64,000 nt of DNA from Mantamonas sphyraenae STR306 (taxonomy: Eukaryota > Protista > CRuMs). The stretch covers positions 1 through 64,000 of the forward strand of contig JAPMXV010000009.1 of NCBI GenBank assembly GCA_026936335.1, written 5' to 3'. Under the pieces are notes generated by a model. It ran no database searches. It had not been told where the DNA came from and saw only the letters and a list, made by a program, of their open reading frames with translations. Positions 9,658 to 19,697 of this stretch are shown one piece after another. Position numbers and translations under genes: made by a program. Position 1 is the stretch's first letter, and the number at the start of each line of letters is the position of its first letter.

Positions 9658-11212
9658 TCACTCTCTCAGAGTCGTTCTTGCCAACACCTGCGTCGAGCAA
9701 TGCACCGCGCCGTACATCGACGTCACTCCGGAAAAGTTCAAATAACGCACCGGTTTGTCAAACCCAGGCACCGCACGCAGCAGATCCTCCAGCTCCGGAT
9801 GGCACGCAAGGATCGTGTCGCCCAGATTCAAGCTGTTGATCAGGTACTCGCTCTGCTGTCGGTCGCTCACAAGCACAATGTGGTAGCCTTCCCCCTCCAG
9901 AAACTCGGAAAACTCCACCTCTCGGTTCAGCTCGTACTCGCCCGCGTCGTTCTTTACATACTCGTGCACAATACGCCGCTTCTCAGACTCTGGCCCCATC
10001 ACGCTCTCCAACGCGACCACCGTTGTCTCGCTCGCCACAGAAAACACCGTGTCCAGATGCATCCGGTCTTGCGAATGGTCCAGCTCGTCCACCACAGCAC
10101 ACACGCGCCGCGTCCCGAACGAGTCCGTGTCCATCAGGTACTGCACAGCCTCCATGTTTGTGCGCAGACCCACGCCAATCAGCGACACGTCTTCGTTCAG
10201 CGGGATAAAGTCTCCTCCCTCCAGCTTGCCCGGGTCGCTCACCGTCGCCACCACCGGGACGTTCAGCAGATCCAGCACGCACCGCACAAGTTCGGGCTCC
10301 GGGCTCCGCTGCGGCGAGTTCAGGTTCGCAATCACTGCCCCGCGCGCCGTCACAATCATCGGGTCTCGCTGAAACACCAGGTTGCCCAACGGGTGGTAGT
10401 GGATGCCCACCGTCTCCATGAACGTGTTCCTGTCCGCACGTCGCAACTGCACCGTCGGCTGCGTCAGCAGGATGTCCACCAGCTCGTCGTGCGTCTTTGT
10501 CCTCAGCGCCTCCTTCTTGTACTCGTCGCTGTGCCCCATTCTCCGTGTCAGCCTTCCCTCTGCACCTCCTCTCTCTCATCCCCACGGCCAACTCACCTCA
10601 AAAAGTACCGCGTCCGGTTGTCCAGCGTCTCCACGTCCTCCTCCGTCGTGTACTGCAGCGACGTCATGGCCAGCTTCTCCAGGTACACACGCCTGTCACG
10701 GTGTTCACTGCATCCGCGAACAAGCACCTGTTTCTCAATCGTGTTAGCGTCCGTTGTCATCCACGCGTCACCCCCGCCCGTTTTTCTCACTCACCTCCCG
10801 CAGCCGCACAACCTCCACCCCGCACTTGTTCAGCTCCTCCACAAGCATTCGGTGGTGCATTTGGCTCGTGTGTGCGCTCACACCCTGTCCACGTCCCGTC
10901 CCCGTCGTGTCAGCCACACGCATGTTTCCACACCCGCAAATGCACCAAACCCACCTGCTCATATAGGAAGCCGTTCGGGTGCAGCGACGACATGGACACC
11001 TCAAACGACGGCTCGTGCACAAGCACCATCAGTGCACGGTGGTTTTCGTCCGCCTGCACGTAGCCAGACTTGGCAATCAGCTTCCGGTTGTCCACCTGCA
11101 CATTTGCCCACAACGCCTGCTCCAACATCGACGCGAGCGACCCCAGCAGAGGAATCCGCTTGCACACATCCAACAGAAAGCGCAGAATCCAGCGCAGTGT
11201 CTTGCGAAGCAT
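9658..11212 (-). CDS. ADI: Arginine deiminase (pentein family), 4 exons, with an amphipathic N-terminal extension
   Basis: Exons 11212-10955, 10884-10795, 10727-10597 and 10528-9658 are joined in frame by GT-AG introns. Catalytic motifs FQRDP, LEGGD, MHLDTVF and MYGAVHCST match the protist ADI type. Confidence 0.9.
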
Positions 11213-11265
11213 CGTGAAGGCTCTGTCTTTGTTTTCTCGAAAAACACTGCTCCCACTCCCGCACC

Positions 11266-14200
11266 TCACCCTTCCACTTCCACAACCTCCACCTCCTCCA
11301 CCTCCTTGTCCTCCTTGCCCTCCTCCTCTTCATCCTTTCCCTCCTCTTCCTCCGTCTCCTTGCCCTTCTTGCTCTTCTTTCCCTTTTTCTTCTTGCGCGC
11401 TCCCTTCTTCTTGGCCCCCTTGCCTCCGCCAACCACAGGGCCCTCCTCTCCATCCTTTGCCCTGCGTCCTCGTCGCTTCTTCTTGTTCTCCTTCGGCGCC
11501 TCGAACGGCGTAAAGAACTGCCGGTAAAAGTTGCCCATGCCCAGTCCCTCCATTTCGTTGCTTGCCACGAGCTTCAGCTGCTCGTTGCGCATCGGGTACG
11601 GACGGTACGCATGCGACTGCGGTCCTCCTTCGTCATCCACGTCCTCCAGCATGCGGCTGATGTTCACTGCCGTCTGGCGCACCAGCTTGCCCAGCACAGG
11701 CTCGCTCACAATCATCTCGTCGCGCAGCGGGCCCGGAAGGATCGTGTCCGGGGGCGCATCGCCGTTGAAGCGGATCTGGATGCGGTAGTGCGAGTTGGGC
11801 AGCGGACGGATGTAGATCAGGTACGTCAGGCACGTTGCGCTCAGTTGCAGCGGCAGGTCCCGCAGGTTCTCGTCCCAAATCACAAACACCGTGTCTGCGC
11901 TAAGCCGCTTCTCCTTCACCTCCAGCGATCCGTCGCCACCGTCCGACGGCATCAGCGTCGGCACGTGCCAGATCACCTCCGACTCAGGGTCCGCGTAGTA
12001 CGGCGCCACTTCTCCGCTTCCCGTGCGGTCCAGCTGGCCCATGAAGCCACTGTGCTCGCTCAGCTTCACCGGCCATCCAATCGAAGAAATGAACGCCGTG
12101 TACCGCTTGTCTCCACCCTCGTTCGCGAGCAGTGCCTGCATTGTGCGTTGCTCGTGCTTGCGCAGCAGCACGGTCACGCTGCGACGTTCGCGCTCCGTCA
12201 GCCTGTCCAGCAGCTTGATCGAGCGGAACAGCTTGCTGCTCTGTTCCAGCATCGTGCACTTGCTGCGTGCATCCGTGTTGATCACACCCAGGTGGTTCAG
12301 GAAGCGTCGCGTCTCCTCCAGCTTCGTCTGGTTCTCTGCCACGTACCTGCGCGTAGGCGGGTGTGCCGGCGCAACGTAGTTCATCGGGTTCGGCAGCTCC
12401 GTCTCCTGTCGCTTCTGCTCCACCGTGTGGTTGGCAATCAGCGCCACAAAGCCCTTGTGGAACATGCCCATCTCTCCCTTCAGGTGCGACTCCGAAAGCG
12501 TGTTGTTCATGAACGACGCCGGCTCCGCCGCTGCCACGTTGATCTCGTCCAACAGCGCCTTGGTGCTTGCACGGTCTCGCTTCGACGGTGCCTCTCCACC
12601 ACGCTGCTCACGCGCCTCCTTGCGAGCTGCCCGCTTCGCCGCACGATCCTTCTTGCGTGCTGCGCGCTTTGCCGCACGCGCATCCTCCCTCGACATCCCG
12701 TCCTCGTCGCCCACGCCTGCTGCGTCCTCGTCCTCGTCCTCCTCGTCCTCGTTCTCCTCCTCCTCGTCCGGGTTCGCATCCGCGCTCTCTGGGTTCGTCT
12801 CCTCTCCGTCGTCCACCGCATCCTCCTGCGGATCTGCCTCCACCTCCAGCTCCTCGGCTGCCTCTGCCTCTGCCGCCGCCGCTGCTTCTGCCTCTGCCTT
12901 GGCCTTGTGAGCTGCCACGGCTTCCTCCGCTTCCGCCTCCGCCTCGGCAATCATGCGCTCCTCCTCGGTCATCGCCTCCCATGCCTTGGCCCTCGCCTCC
13001 GCCTCTGCCTGCGCCTTTTGCGCCGCAGCCTCCTCCTCCTCCTTGGCCTTTTGAGCCGCCGCCTCTGCTTCCTCTTTGGCCTTTTGTGCCGCCGCCGCCG
13101 CCTCCGCCTCGGCTTCCGCCTTGGCAATGGCGGCTGCCTCTGCGGCTGCTTCGGCCTCGGCTTCCAGACGCATCTTTTCCATCAACGCGTCCTGTGCCTC
13201 CTTCTCCGCACGAGCCTGCCGTTCTGCCTCCTCGGCCGCGGCCTTCATCTCGGCTTCCTTCTCAGCAAGCAGGATCTGCTGCGCAAACGGGTGCGTCTCG
13301 CGGTCGATCTCTCGCTTCTCACGCGGGTTCAGCGGCGAATGCTGCTCCTGGAACTCCCACATGTACTTGCCCGTCACGTCGCGGATCAGGCAGGTCACGT
13401 ACCCAGAGTTCGCAAAGTCGTGGTGGCGTTCAATCACAGACAGCACCGTGGTGTTGTTGATGATGAACGTTGCCTTGTACTGCTCCGGGTTGCTGCGGAA
13501 CGCAAAGTCGTCCACCGAGTTGAACACGTCGTCTTCGTTGTTCGGCGTGCTCAGGATGTCCGGGCCGTGCGGACGCGGGTAGTAGCCGCACACGTTCATG
13601 ATGGCGCCCATCAGCTCGTTGGCCGCCTGGTGCACAACCTGCACGTTGCCCTGTTCCTTCATCGTCACCGTCGTCATGCGCTTCGTTGACATGCTGCGGC
13701 CCGTGCCCATCACCGACGGCACGCGCTTCACAGCCGTCTTTGCGTTGTTGCGTCCCACGCGGCTGACGTCGTCGCTCGCAGCCTGAAGCGACATGGCCTG
13801 CACCATGTTTGCCACCAGCGGCTCCATGATCACGTTGTCGCTCAGGATGTCGTACGCAGGGATGATCCACGCCTGGATGCAGTTCAGGCACGCCGCCAGC
13901 AGGCGGTGCGACACGCTTTCATACTTGGCCAGGTTCGCCTCCAGGAAGCTGTTCAGCGAAATCAGCATGTGGCGCACCACGCCTTCGCGCTCAGGCATGT
14001 CCTGGTAGATCTCTGCCAGGCCCTTGAGACAGCTCACTGCGCACAGCGACACCTCCACGGGGATCGACGACTTGCCCAGAATCCACTCGTGCACCTGCGA
14101 GACAAAGCGCGACGCCGTGTCGCCTGCCGTCGTCTCGTCTGCGTAGATGTACACGTACAACGTCCACAGGATCATCGTCAGGTTCTGTGCGTCACGCTCC

Positions 14201-16162
14201 GTGGTCAACGCCTCCAGCAGCATGTCCACAAGGTAGGGCTTGATCTCTGAAAACGTGCGCAGATCGTTCGCGTCCTTGGAGTCCATGGCCCGCAGCTGCG
14301 TCAGCGAGCGGAAGATGCTGTTGTTCTGCGAGTTGAGAGTGTCCACATACTCCACAGCCAGCGACTGGCACGGCAGGCCGTCCAGCAGCTGCGGCAGACA
14401 CAGGATCGAACCCAGAATCGTGATGCACGCTGCGCGCAGCTCTGCAAACGCCATCGGGATGGCAAACGGAGGCTGGTTGCTCGACAGCACCTCGTGGATC
14501 ACTTGCAGAAACACAGGCAGCACCGTGGACAGGCCCGTCAGGTTCGTGGCAAACAGTCGGTCGCAGTTTGTCAGAATGTGGCACTTGACGTAGCCGTTGT
14601 CAGCGCGCAGGCCAGACGTCAGGCCACGGTAGAACCGAGCCAGGTAGCTGCCGTGGAACTCTGCTCCGCCCTGCACCGAAAAGATGCGGCACAGCGCGCC
14701 AAACGCCTCAGCGTGGCCGTGTTCAAAGTCCTGCCGAGATTGGAAGGCTGCCTCAAACAACCACTCGCCAAAGATGTCCAACAGCGTGTTACCAGACGGC
14801 GGCAGCGGCGTCACGTGCGTCTTTTTCTGTGAATGTGCATGGTCGCGTGCGTTTGCATCGTGTCTGTGTGTCAATGGACCCTGCTGCAAGGCGGGTGCGC
14901 GCCAACGCGATTTCCCTCCCTTTCGCCACGTACCGACTTGCGCAGACCAACAGACATCAGGTAGTCCACCAGCGTGGCAATCCCCTCCATGGCCGTCTTG
15001 TAGATCTCTGGATCGTTGGTAAACAGGTTCGGGTTGCCAATGATATCTGTGGGAGGCGCAAGCGAGCGTTTGGGAGGCGGGGGCGAGAAAAACGACGGCG
15101 TCAGCGAAAATCCCAGAGCTGCGTTCTTTGACCCGCGTCGTTGCGGCGTGGGCCCGTGGCAGCATTCACGTACGCAGGAAGCGGTGCCAGGCAAAGTAGC
15201 AGTAGTCGTCGTCAATACTGATCTTGGATCCGACGTCGCTGGAGATCTTGATGGTCAACGTGCCCTCGCTGGGGCCGTAGAGGATGCGAGCGACACGCTT
15301 GGAGAGCGCCATGGTCGTTGCGTTCCACTGCTCGATGGGCGGCAGCCGTGCACCCCAGTTCGCATACAGGCTGCTCAGCTGGTCCCACAACTCGGGCTCC
15401 TTGGTGCCCGAACGCAGCCACAAGTCGATCAGAACACGCAGCAGCACGGGGCAAAGGTCGTTGGCAAAGCGGGCATTCGCCGACACGCGCACAATGTAGT
15501 CCGTCGAACTCAGCAGCACACGCAGCAGCACCTTGAACGTCTTCTTCGACATCATCTTGGACGACTCGCGCGCAAAGTACTCGATGTTCTGCAGCACACG
15601 CGTGCACAATTCCACGTGACGCCGCTCCTCTTCGTCGTTTGCGTATTGCCGGTCGGCAAACAGCAGCGAAAAGTGGCGGAACATCTCTGCCATGAAGAAC
15701 TGGAAGTTCTCACGCATCGGTTCCGGACGCGTGAAGCTCGACTGCAGCCAGTTCCAGTAAATGTCGATGGCCTTGGCAATCGTATCAAAGTCGCTGATCG
15801 GCAGCGAAAAGCTCTGCCCAATGATCTCAAACGTCCACTTGACGTGGTCCTCCGAATGCAGCACCTTTTCCGAGGATGGCTTGTCCAGAAAGTAGCTCAC
15901 CACCTCGTTCACCAGAGCACGCTTCACCGGCAGCGGAAAGTCCCGCAGCACATTGGTGTCCATCCTTTCCTCCAGCAACCCGATCGTTGCCGCGTGGTCA
16001 AGAAACATGCTGCACACGCACACCCAAGTCTCTGTCAGCCACCCTGTCCCAACGACCCTTCTCGCTGTGTTTGCTCCTCCCTCACCTTGTTGGCTTGGTT
16101 TGTCTTTCGTTGGATCGAGCGGCGCCCACGAATGCGCTTCTCCTGGCCATTGTCTGCATCAT
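11266..16162 (-). CDS. RALGAPB: Ral GTPase-activating protein subunit beta-like (Rap/Ran-GAP domain), 4 exons
   Basis: Exons 16162-16086, 16009-15174, 15046-14934 and 14826-11266. The spliced motifs AWHRFLHIIGNP, NTLLDIFGEWLFEAA, GHAEAFGALCRIF and YLARFY match RalGAP-beta. C-terminal RapGAP-like domain (FISSIGWPV..H.GF.G, EVIWHVPTLMP). Confidence 0.88.
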
Positions 16163-16241
16163 GCTCCTTGCCAGCCGATTCTACACTACAGTGAGTGTGC
16201 ACGAGTCAATGAATTTCTGTGCGGCTGCCCACTCCCCTCTC

Positions 16242-19200
16242 TCAAACCCTGTCCAGCTCCACCACCTCCACCCGCGCATCTTCCAGCGCCTCCTGCTTCC
16301 TCTGCAACTCGGCCGCCTCCTTCTTCTTCTCCCATCGCAGTCGCATCCACATACACAATCCGCCCACCAGCACCATCACCGGTTCGACAACCAGATGCAC
16401 TGTTGTGGGCGTCGCGTCGAAACGATCGTTGATCACCACCACCACAATCGCCATCACGTTTGTCCACACCACACCAAACAACAAAGCACCCCGTGAACTG
16501 TTCACACGGAGGTCGTGGAAAGGTGGCCACAGCACCGTGCACACGTAAACCACCAGCGACGAAACCAGCAGAGCGGACGCAAGCAACGACGGAACTGACA
16601 CCAAAAACATCGCCGTCAGCAGCATCAGCACCTTGATCAGCAGGAATGCACGTGCAAACTTGACGCTGCGCCTGCTGAACAGGTGCACCTTTCGCGTTTC
16701 TGGCTTGTCAAACTTCCACGTCCACGGAAAGTACACAGCAACCTTGTTCAGGTCGCCTCCCACGCCTGCTAGGCGCACCATCAGTGCCAAGAACGGCGCC
16801 ATTGTCGCCATGGACATGACAATCATGGCCACATGCTCTCCCGAGCCACACACAAGCCGCGCGGTTGCACAATCAAGCGGCGTCAGCAGGATGCGCATCA
16901 CAGGAATGAACCCAGGGCCGGCCATCAGCCAGCACATCAACCAAGTCAGCAGCCACAGCTTTGCATACACGCTCGAGTTGCTCTTTTTCGATGCAACGCG
17001 CTTCGCATTCAGAAACAGCGCCAGCGTCGCAACGACACACGCCCACACGGCCCAGAAAAGCGCACTGAAACTCAGCGACCCAAAGTCAAAGTCGAATTGG
17101 AACGTCTTTGTCTCTTGCGCAGGGTGGTCCTCTTGGAAGGGCAGGTCGGCCGAAAACGCAAACGACGTCAGCTGCAGAAAGTCCACCAACAGCGCCACTA
17201 CGCCCAGCGCCTCCTGGATCTTGGGCACAAGTAGACCCTTGAGACGTGCGGCCGTGTTGCCGTACACCCTTCGGATCACCCCATCGTCTATGTTCCACCC
17301 TCGCAGCGTCGTGTCTCGCGATCCGCTGATCACCAGACCGTCGTGCACGCAGAGTGCGTTGATCCAGTCTCCGTGGCCCTCAATGTCCCACTTGGCCGTT
17401 CCTGTGCGGTAGTCCCACGCCCGCACGCTCTTGTCCTTCCCCGCGCTGAACAACACGCCGTGTTCGGCGTCCACAACGATGCTGCGCACTGTGTTTGTGT
17501 GCCCCTCACCGACAAACATGCACTTGCCAGTCAACGTATCCCACACTCGCACAGTCTTGTCTCGGCTGCCTGTGAACAGCAGGCCGTCCTGGGCATGGAT
17601 TGAGTTGATCCAGTCCTTGTGGCCAACAAACTCCTGGTTCACCTGTCCCCCCTTGGTCCACATCACCGCTTTCTTGTCTGCCCCTGCGCTGTACACTGCC
17701 TTGCCGTCGCTGCACAAATGCAGCACATAGTTGCTGTGTTGCGACAGCACACGCACGCGCTCCAGTGGCTGCAGCTGCAACACGTGGATGTTGTTGTCCG
17801 AGCACGCCAGCCACACCTCGTCGTCCACAATCAGCATCTCATTGATCTCCACCGGCGCTTCCACAACCCGCATGCTGTGCTTGTTTGTCGGGCTATCAAA
17901 CGTGTGCACCTGGTTGTCCTTTGCGCACGCCACAATCAACCCTTTGAACAGTCCGACTCCCGTCACCCCTGCGCCACACTCGTACACACCAAGGTTCTCG
18001 CCGCTGTCCAGGTCCCAGTGGCATACACTGCCGTCGTCGCTGCCAGTTAGCAGCTGCCTGTGAGGCAGTACCGCCATGCAGTACACCAGCGACGTGTGAT
18101 ACCTCAGCGTGTGCACAAGCGTCGACGTCTGTGCTTCCCACACACGCGTGTCTCCGTCGCGCGAGCACGAGATCATCAACTCGTCGCATGTCGCCACCTT
18201 CCAAATGGCGTCCGTGTGCTGATCTCCAGGACCCTTGTCCTCCTCCTCCTCCTCCGCCTCCTCCTCTTCGTCGTTGGCCTTGCAGCAGGCCAACCACCCC
18301 GATCCACCGCCCCGATCCACTGTGACTCCCTCCTCGCATTCCACGTACCGTTGCACAGCTGCCTCAAACACCTCCTCGACTCCCGTCCCGTTCTTGGCCG
18401 ATGTCGAAACAAACGGTGCCTCGTAAGCGTTGGCCACGTCTCGTGCCTCCTGCGGCATGATCTGCCAATGGTGCTCGTCCAGATCGTCCTTGGTCAGCAC
18501 CACAACCAGCGGGAGTTCACTCGCCTCTTGGTCGCGCGTCCGGCACGCAGAAGAAACAAACGAGTCCACTTCGTCCATGCTGCTTCGAGATCCAAGCGAG
18601 AAGCACAGCACCAACACATCTGCTTCGCGAATGTAGTTGTCCTTCATGGTGGAGAACTCCTCCTGTCCTGCCGTGTCCAGGATGTCCATCACAACCTCGT
18701 GCCCGTCATAGCTCAAGTGTTTCGTGTAGGTGTCCTCGATGGTGGGGTCGTACTCAGCTACAAAGTGGTTGTGGATGTACTGCACAACCAACGCCGACTT
18801 GCCCACCCCGCCTCCTCCCAGCACCACAACCTTGAGTCGTCGCCCTTTCAGCGCAGCCAATGCGCTGTGGCTTGAGGAATGCGACTCATTGTCCGTCTGC
18901 TCGTCCTCGTCCGTACCGTCGCGTTGGCAGCACGAAAACACCCCTGCGCCTCCTTGCGTCGCCTGCACGGCTGCCTTGCCCTCGCTGTGCTCACGGTACA
19001 CTCGCACGCACATGGCAAACACCTCGTCGACGTTGTGACTGCCCTTTGCAGACGTACTGACAAATGGAAACCCGCGCGACGTCGCAAAGTCCTTCCCCTC
19101 CGCCGCTGCCACCTCGTGCTGTGCCTTGTCCACATCATCCCGTGTCTGTGCAATCACCACGGGCAGTTCACTCATCTCATCCGCTTCACGCACCCGCATG

Positions 19201-19508
19201 GCGCCCTCCAAGAACGTCTCCAGCGACTCAAAACTCTGGCGCCCGTCCGCTGCGTAGCACATCAACAGGACGTGCGCCTCTCGCGTGTACATGTCCTTCA
19301 TCGCAGAAAATTCTTCCTGGCCCGCCGAGTCCAGAATGCCCAGGGTGCTTGTGGTTCCGTCCACAATGGCCGTCTTTCGATACCAATCTTCAATGGTCGG
19401 ATCGTACTCCTCCACCCACTGGCCGTGCACGTAGCGGATAACCAAAGAAGACTTTCCGACGCCTCCGTCTCCCAGCACCACCACACGAATGGTCCCTTCG
19501 TCGTCCAT
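16242..19508 (-). CDS. Fusion protein: two tandem Ras-family GTPase domains + WD40 propeller + ~8-helix membrane domain (1088 aa)
   Basis: Single intronless ORF. G1 GDGGVGKS/GGGGVGKS, effector loop YDPTIED twice, G3 DSAGQ/DTAGQ, G4 TRDD/TKDD, G5 TSAK twice. GH...WD repeats at about 18225-17265; eight hydrophobic segments at about 17215-16345. Confidence 0.92.
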   Translation of the reverse strand: MDDEGTIRVVVLGDGGVGKSSLVIRYVHGQWVEEYDPTIEDWYRKTAIVDGTTSTLGILDSAGQEEFSAMKDMYTREAHVLLMCYAADGRQSFESLETFLEGAMRVREADEMSELPVVIAQTRDDVDKAQHEVAAAEGKDFATSRGFPFVSTSAKGSHNVDEVFAMCVRVYREHSEGKAAVQATQGGAGVFSCCQRDGTDEDEQTDNESHSSSHSALAALKGRRLKVVVLGGGGVGKSALVVQYIHNHFVAEYDPTIEDTYTKHLSYDGHEVVMDILDTAGQEEFSTMKDNYIREADVLVLCFSLGSRSSMDEVDSFVSSACRTRDQEASELPLVVVLTKDDLDEHHWQIMPQEARDVANAYEAPFVSTSAKNGTGVEEVFEAAVQRYVECEEGVTVDRGGGSGWLACCKANDEEEEAEEEEEDKGPGDQHTDAIWKVATCDELMISCSRDGDTRVWEAQTSTLVHTLRYHTSLVYCMAVLPHRQLLTGSDDGSVCHWDLDSGENLGVYECGAGVTGVGLFKGLIVACAKDNQVHTFDSPTNKHSMRVVEAPVEINEMLIVDDEVWLACSDNNIHVLQLQPLERVRVLSQHSNYVLHLCSDGKAVYSAGADKKAVMWTKGGQVNQEFVGHKDWINSIHAQDGLLFTGSRDKTVRVWDTLTGKCMFVGEGHTNTVRSIVVDAEHGVLFSAGKDKSVRAWDYRTGTAKWDIEGHGDWINALCVHDGLVISGSRDTTLRGWNIDDGVIRRVYGNTAARLKGLLVPKIQEALGVVALLVDFLQLTSFAFSADLPFQEDHPAQETKTFQFDFDFGSLSFSALFWAVWACVVATLALFLNAKRVASKKSNSSVYAKLWLLTWLMCWLMAGPGFIPVMRILLTPLDCATARLVCGSGEHVAMIVMSMATMAPFLALMVRLAGVGGDLNKVAVYFPWTWKFDKPETRKVHLFSRRSVKFARAFLLIKVLMLLTAMFLVSVPSLLASALLVSSLVVYVCTVLWPPFHDLRVNSSRGALLFGVVWTNVMAIVVVVINDRFDATPTTVHLVVEPVMVLVGGLCMWMRLRWEKKKEAAELQRKQEALEDARVEVVELDRV

Positions 19509-19697
19509 CTTGGAAGCTTGGGTTGGCTTGGCTGCTGCATCCGTGCGTCGTCGAACAGGAACAGGCCTGGAATTCCCTGGTCTCATCCACACCCCTCCCG
19601 CTCAACTTCTTGGTCTCCCCTCAACCTTCCTTTCCATCTCTTTCCGTTTTGCCCTCCTCCACCCTCCCGCCATCCCATCCAACCAAAATCAAGCATC

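Noticed and set aside
9658-10539. Bacterial contamination or recent transfer for the ADI and CtlX-like genes
   Set aside because: Both contain spliceosomal introns, share local codon bias and sit among eukaryotic genes on a telomere-capped contig.
7945-13689. Long plus-strand ORFs 7945-11217 (1090 aa) and 11611-13689
   Set aside because: Antisense shadows of the EPDR, ADI and RalGAP-beta genes caused by GC-rich codon bias; Arg/His/Leu-rich with no motifs. The same applies to shadows over the giant, ATG11 and ubiquitin genes.
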